A stretch of DNA of 28,690 nucleotides from a virus (taxonomy: Duplodnaviria; Caudoviricetes): positions 1 to 28,690 of IMG/VR virus record IMGVR_UViG_3300037419_003062. The stretch is one strand, 5' to 3'. Shown in pieces: positions 25,660 to 28,690 of the stretch. A model generated the notes under the pieces. It saw only the letters and a list, made by a program, of their open reading frames with translations, had not been told where the DNA came from and did not search any database. The first letter of the stretch is position 1; every line of letters begins with the position of its first letter. The position numbers were made by a program, and so were the translations under genes.

Positions 25660-25868
25660 AGCGATACCTATGGAATCTATTGGTGGCGGTGGATCAGTTA
25701 CTAAATTCGCTACTTGCCGGAGATTGTGATGAAACGCTATCTAGCCGAATGGGTAAGCGAATGTTGAAAGGCGATAAGCTTTGTGCGTTCATATGAATGC
25801 TGCTTAACGTGTTCCAGGCGGATCACTGCATAAAATCAATAGAACGGGATGAAGGAGAATCACTATAA
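25653..25868 (+). pseudogene. Small conserved-type phage protein interrupted by in-frame TGA (25794-25796); nonsense mutation or recoded (Sec) codon
   Basis: MVKRYLWNLLVAVDQLLNSLLAGDCDETLSSRMGKR...LCAFI*MLLNVFQADHCIKSIERDEG; the family pattern (DQ..N....G..DET.SSR.GK...C..L......HC..SIE.DEG) continues past the TGA. Confidence 0.75.
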
Positions 25869-25903
25869 AATAATACTTTGTTACAGAATAGGAGGAACGT
25901 ACA

Positions 25904-26644
25904 TTGTCCGCTAAATATCCCGTTAAAAAAGATCCGATAGACTTACGCGATAAGATTTTCCGAAGCTCGCAGTTTGCATCGACTGCCCACTTGCCAGTTT
26001 CGGTAGACTTACGACACCAAATGCCTGCCGTATTCGATCAAGGACAACTCGGTTCTTGTACGGCAAACGCACTCGCTGCGTTAATGGAATATCACACAAT
26101 GACGAAGACAGCCGGTAGCTATGAAACGCTATCCAGGCTGTTTATTTATTTCCAAGAGCGATATATCGAAGGTACCGTCAACCAAGACGCAGGAGCCTAC
26201 GCCAGAGATGGATTCAAGTCTCTTCAAAAGATCGGTGTACCTGCCGAAAAGTATTGGCCTTATGATATCGCTCGTTTTACCGAAAAGCCTCCGCAAGAAG
26301 CTTACGATAACGCAGGTCAATATAAAATCTCGGAATATCACCGTGTACCTAGTTTAACGGCATACAAAGCGTCACTAGCTGAAGGACTTCCAGTCGCTAT
26401 CGGTTTTAAAGTTTACGCATCGTTCGAAAGCGCTGAAGTTGCGAGAACGGGAATGGTGCCGATGCCACAACGCGGAGAGAAATGGTTAGGCGGTCACGAA
26501 GTTCTAGGCGTGGGATACGACGATAACCGAAAGCTCGTTATCTGTATGAATAGTTGGGGAACATCGTGGGGCGACGGAGGTTTCTTTTATATGCCGTACA
26601 ACGTGTTTACTCGTTTGGTAATGGATATGTGGACGGGGAAATAA
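25904..26644 (+). CDS. Papain-like cysteine peptidase (family C1), TTG start
   Basis: LP.SVDLR...DQGQLGSCTANA (Gln, Cys), GGHEV (His), NSWG..WGD.G.F.MPY (Asn); SD AGGAGG. Confidence 0.93.
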   Translation: MSAKYPVKKDPIDLRDKIFRSSQFASTAHLPVSVDLRHQMPAVFDQGQLGSCTANALAALMEYHTMTKTAGSYETLSRLFIYFQERYIEGTVNQDAGAYARDGFKSLQKIGVPAEKYWPYDIARFTEKPPQEAYDNAGQYKISEYHRVPSLTAYKASLAEGLPVAIGFKVYASFESAEVARTGMVPMPQRGEKWLGGHEVLGVGYDDNRKLVICMNSWGTSWGDGGFFYMPYNVFTRLVMDMWTGK

Positions 26645-26664
26645 TCAAGAGAGCGGGTGTATAA

Positions 26665-26919
26665 GTGGATGTTAATAGCGAAATACTGACGTATTTTGTA
26701 ACGCAAGGCCCGTTCGCACTCCTTTTCGTATGGCTTCTGTACACCACGAAGAAGGATTCGAAGGAGCAAATGGATCGCCAGGTATCCGATAGTAAAGAAC
26801 GAGAGAACCGGCTTATGGCGCATGTTGAAAAGACTACGGAAACACTCGACGACATCCGCGATAGTTTACGCGATCTCCGCAGCGAGGTCGACGATATAAA
26901 ACTAGAAATTAGGAAGTGA
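26665..26919 (+). CDS. BhlA/UviB-family holin-like protein
   Basis: TQGPFALLFVWLL...K.SKERE.RL; single TM plus coiled coil. Confidence 0.9.
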   Translation: MDVNSEILTYFVTQGPFALLFVWLLYTTKKDSKEQMDRQVSDSKERENRLMAHVEKTTETLDDIRDSLRDLRSEVDDIKLEIRK

Positions 26920-26923
26920 CATC

Positions 26924-27601
26924 ATGGAAGTTAAATGGATCGGCTCACCGAATTTCGGTACTGGCCGTAAAGGATATAAACCGCTCGCCATTATAAATCA
27001 CATTATGGAAGGTACGCTCGCAGGTACCGACGATTGGTTCAGTCGTACAGAATCGCAAGTTTCTTCTACTTACGGAATTGGTCGCAATGGTGAAGTACAC
27101 CAATACGTTAAAGAAGAGGACACGGCATGGGCTAACGGACGTAAACTTGAGCCGGATGAAGCGTGGCTCGCTAACTTTCCTGCGGGAGTAAATCCGAATC
27201 TATGGACGATTTCGATTGAACACGAAGGCTTTCCAGATCAACCGTTAACACCTGAGCAGATGGCAGCTACTATTGAATTACATCGCTATCTTTGCGCGAA
27301 GTGGGATATACCGATTGATGACGTACACATCACCGGACACTTCAAAATAGATTCGCAATGGAAAGCCAACTGTCCTGGTCCGCATTTTCCGTGGGATGCG
27401 ATTTATACAGCGCTGAATCCTGCGCCAGTAGTAGAGGAGGAAAAAGAAGTGAGCGATTATAAACCGATTCCAATACCGGATTGGGCGAAAGCAACGATTG
27501 ATAAACTGGTTGCGAAAGGTAAATTAACAGATCCAACCGGAGACTATTCGTTTTATCGTGTGCTAGTGATTCTCGACAGATTCGGATTATTCGATAAGTA
27601 G
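26924..27601 (+). CDS. Endolysin, N-acetylmuramoyl-L-alanine amidase (Amidase_2) with a short C-terminal cell-wall-binding domain
   Basis: SPNF...IINHIM...SSTY.I...QYV.E.DTAWANG...ISIEHEG...GH...CPG; C-terminal IPDWAK..I.KL...G. Confidence 0.92.
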   Translation: MEVKWIGSPNFGTGRKGYKPLAIINHIMEGTLAGTDDWFSRTESQVSSTYGIGRNGEVHQYVKEEDTAWANGRKLEPDEAWLANFPAGVNPNLWTISIEHEGFPDQPLTPEQMAATIELHRYLCAKWDIPIDDVHITGHFKIDSQWKANCPGPHFPWDAIYTALNPAPVVEEEKEVSDYKPIPIPDWAKATIDKLVAKGKLTDPTGDYSFYRVLVILDRFGLFDK

Positions 27602-27612
27602 GAGGTAACGAT

Positions 27613-27792
27613 ATGCTAATGAAAATGCAGAAGGTTGCGTTTTGGGTTGCGATACTTGGCGCATGTAAACTCGTTGCGCAGATCGCCGGATATGAGATTC
27701 CGGACCAAATGATTAACGATGTGGCTAACGGATTGGCTGCGGTATTTACGGTGATAGGTATTGTTAAGGACCATGGGAATAGCGCAGTGTAA
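27613..27792 (+). CDS. Second holin-like protein (59 aa, two hydrophobic segments; not in the ORF track)
   Basis: SD AGGAGGT; MLMKMQKVAFWVAILGACKLVAQIAGYEIPDQMINDVANGLAAVFTVIGIVKDHGNSAV*. Confidence 0.75.
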   Translation: MLMKMQKVAFWVAILGACKLVAQIAGYEIPDQMINDVANGLAAVFTVIGIVKDHGNSAV

Positions 27793-27849
27793 AAAACGCA
27801 TTTTTTATAAGTTTCATTAATAAAAATTACGTAACGGGGTGGTGACAGT

Positions 27850-27948
27850 ATGGATAAGCAAAAGTTGATGCATTTTTTCGGAGCAATCCTAATCCCACCA
27901 GTTATCGTAGTATCTATTTATTTTATTATGAGGTGGTTGTTATTTTAA
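27850..27948 (+). CDS. Small single-TM peptide (32 aa)
   Basis: SD GGGGTGGTGA; MDKQKLMHFFGAILIPPVIVVSIYFIMRWLLF*. Confidence 0.5.
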   Translation: MDKQKLMHFFGAILIPPVIVVSIYFIMRWLLF

Positions 27949-28009
27949 ATCACTATCTTTTTAATGTATACTCTTTCTAAACGATACAAAGAAGGGGTAG
28001 TGAACTTAA

Positions 28010-28690
28010 TTGTCAAATGCTAAGTTGATCCAACTACAATTGGCTTTATTTTTTGCGGAAAATGAGCCTAGACCGGACAAGTTGGGGCAAAAAATTACCG
28101 ACACCTCATTAGGAGATGTTTTTAATCAGATGCCAATTATTATGCCAATTCCACTTGACGCTCCGCCAGAAATACCGGTTGTGATATTGAGAAGTATGAG
28201 TGATGTTTATTCATGCAATATTTCAAGAAGCCGAATAGATTTCTTTGTAAAACCGGGCGAAAACGATGATTCGAACCAACATTTAATTGATTTTATCGAG
28301 CATATTCGTCCTTTTGCTTCCGTTGTATTTGCAAATAGAAAGGTAAACAGATTTGGATTTATTGGGCAGTATATGATCCGTACAAATGATCCGGTATCTA
28401 AAATTCATGGTAAATACCTTAAATATAACTTTGGTGATTTAGAAGAATTGAGCATTAGATTTAATAAAAGGTTTAAGAGTAAAAACGGCAATCTCTTAAT
28501 GAATCGATTAATAGATATTAGCAAAGCAAATTTCACTGAAAAAAATGGCAAAGAACAAGTAGGTATTTTCATTCAAAAAGATATTAATAACGTGCCAAAT
28601 GACCGTTATCTTAACATTGAAGATGTGTTAGCGATTATTAAATCAGAACAAGACGATTTCAATTCTGAAAGTATCATGGAGTTGGTATAA
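28010..28690 (+). CDS. Accessory (moron-like) hypothetical protein, loosely TIGR04255-like; TTG start
   Basis: AT-rich 226-aa ORF downstream of lysis genes; P.DAPPEIP...S.SRIDF...V.R.G...DIN pattern. Confidence 0.6.
   Translation: MSNAKLIQLQLALFFAENEPRPDKLGQKITDTSLGDVFNQMPIIMPIPLDAPPEIPVVILRSMSDVYSCNISRSRIDFFVKPGENDDSNQHLIDFIEHIRPFASVVFANRKVNRFGFIGQYMIRTNDPVSKIHGKYLKYNFGDLEELSIRFNKRFKSKNGNLLMNRLIDISKANFTEKNGKEQVGIFIQKDINNVPNDRYLNIEDVLAIIKSEQDDFNSESIMELV

Larger units (their letters stand above)
1..28690 (+). mobile_element. Siphovirus-type phage/prophage of a Bacillales host (late operon plus flanks); no att site or integrase in the window
   Basis: Canonical gene order TerS-TerL-portal-minor capsid-scaffold-MCP-neck-MTP-chaperones-TMP-tail tip-lysis; strong Firmicutes-type SD sequences (AGGAGG); no tail sheath gene. 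Confidence 0.96.

Noticed and set aside
25794-25796. Genome-wide TGA reassignment
   Set aside because: TGA is used as a normal stop elsewhere (e.g. 13347, 18189, 24066, 26919) and no suppressor tRNA is present.
4544-27801. Numerous short antisense or alternate-frame ORFs (e.g. 4856-5140, 15699-16145, 22264-22797, 23186-23605, 27616-27801)
   Set aside because: They lie opposite or within well-supported phage genes, lack SDs and recognisable motifs, and are expected shadows.

Overview
The whole window is one contiguous segment of a Bacillales-type siphophage or prophage (phBC6A51-like head module). From left to right: (1) the end of an early/middle region with a dNMP-kinase-like C-terminus, AbrB-like and Cse60-like genes on the minus strand, and a sigma-70 region-4 HTH gene; (2) a non-coding RNA cluster with a structured RNA, tRNA-Ile(UAU) and tRNA-Thr(UGU), then a pseudoknotted leader in front of a free-standing PD-(D/E)XK endonuclease; (3) a wHTH protein followed by 25-bp iteron-like repeats; (4) packaging and head genes (TerS, TerL, portal, minor capsid, scaffold, DUF5309-type capsid); (5) neck and tail genes, including a G/GT -1 frameshift and a 1175-aa tape measure; (6) a complex tail-tip/adhesin region; (7) a papain-like protease and a holin-amidase-holin lysis cassette; (8) an accessory gene. 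The most unusual item is the tail hub gene. It appears split in two (18186-19325 and 23238-23609) by a 3.9-kb, five-gene adhesin cassette bounded by an in-frame direct repeat, with a second repeat pair delimiting a nested sub-cassette. Related W-x7/8-W ('TW') peptides sit on both hub halves and on the head-closure protein. Other highlights are a rare tRNA-Ile(UAU) and an in-frame TGA at a probable Cys position followed by a SECIS-like hairpin. All family assignments come from motif recognition by eye; no database searches were run.
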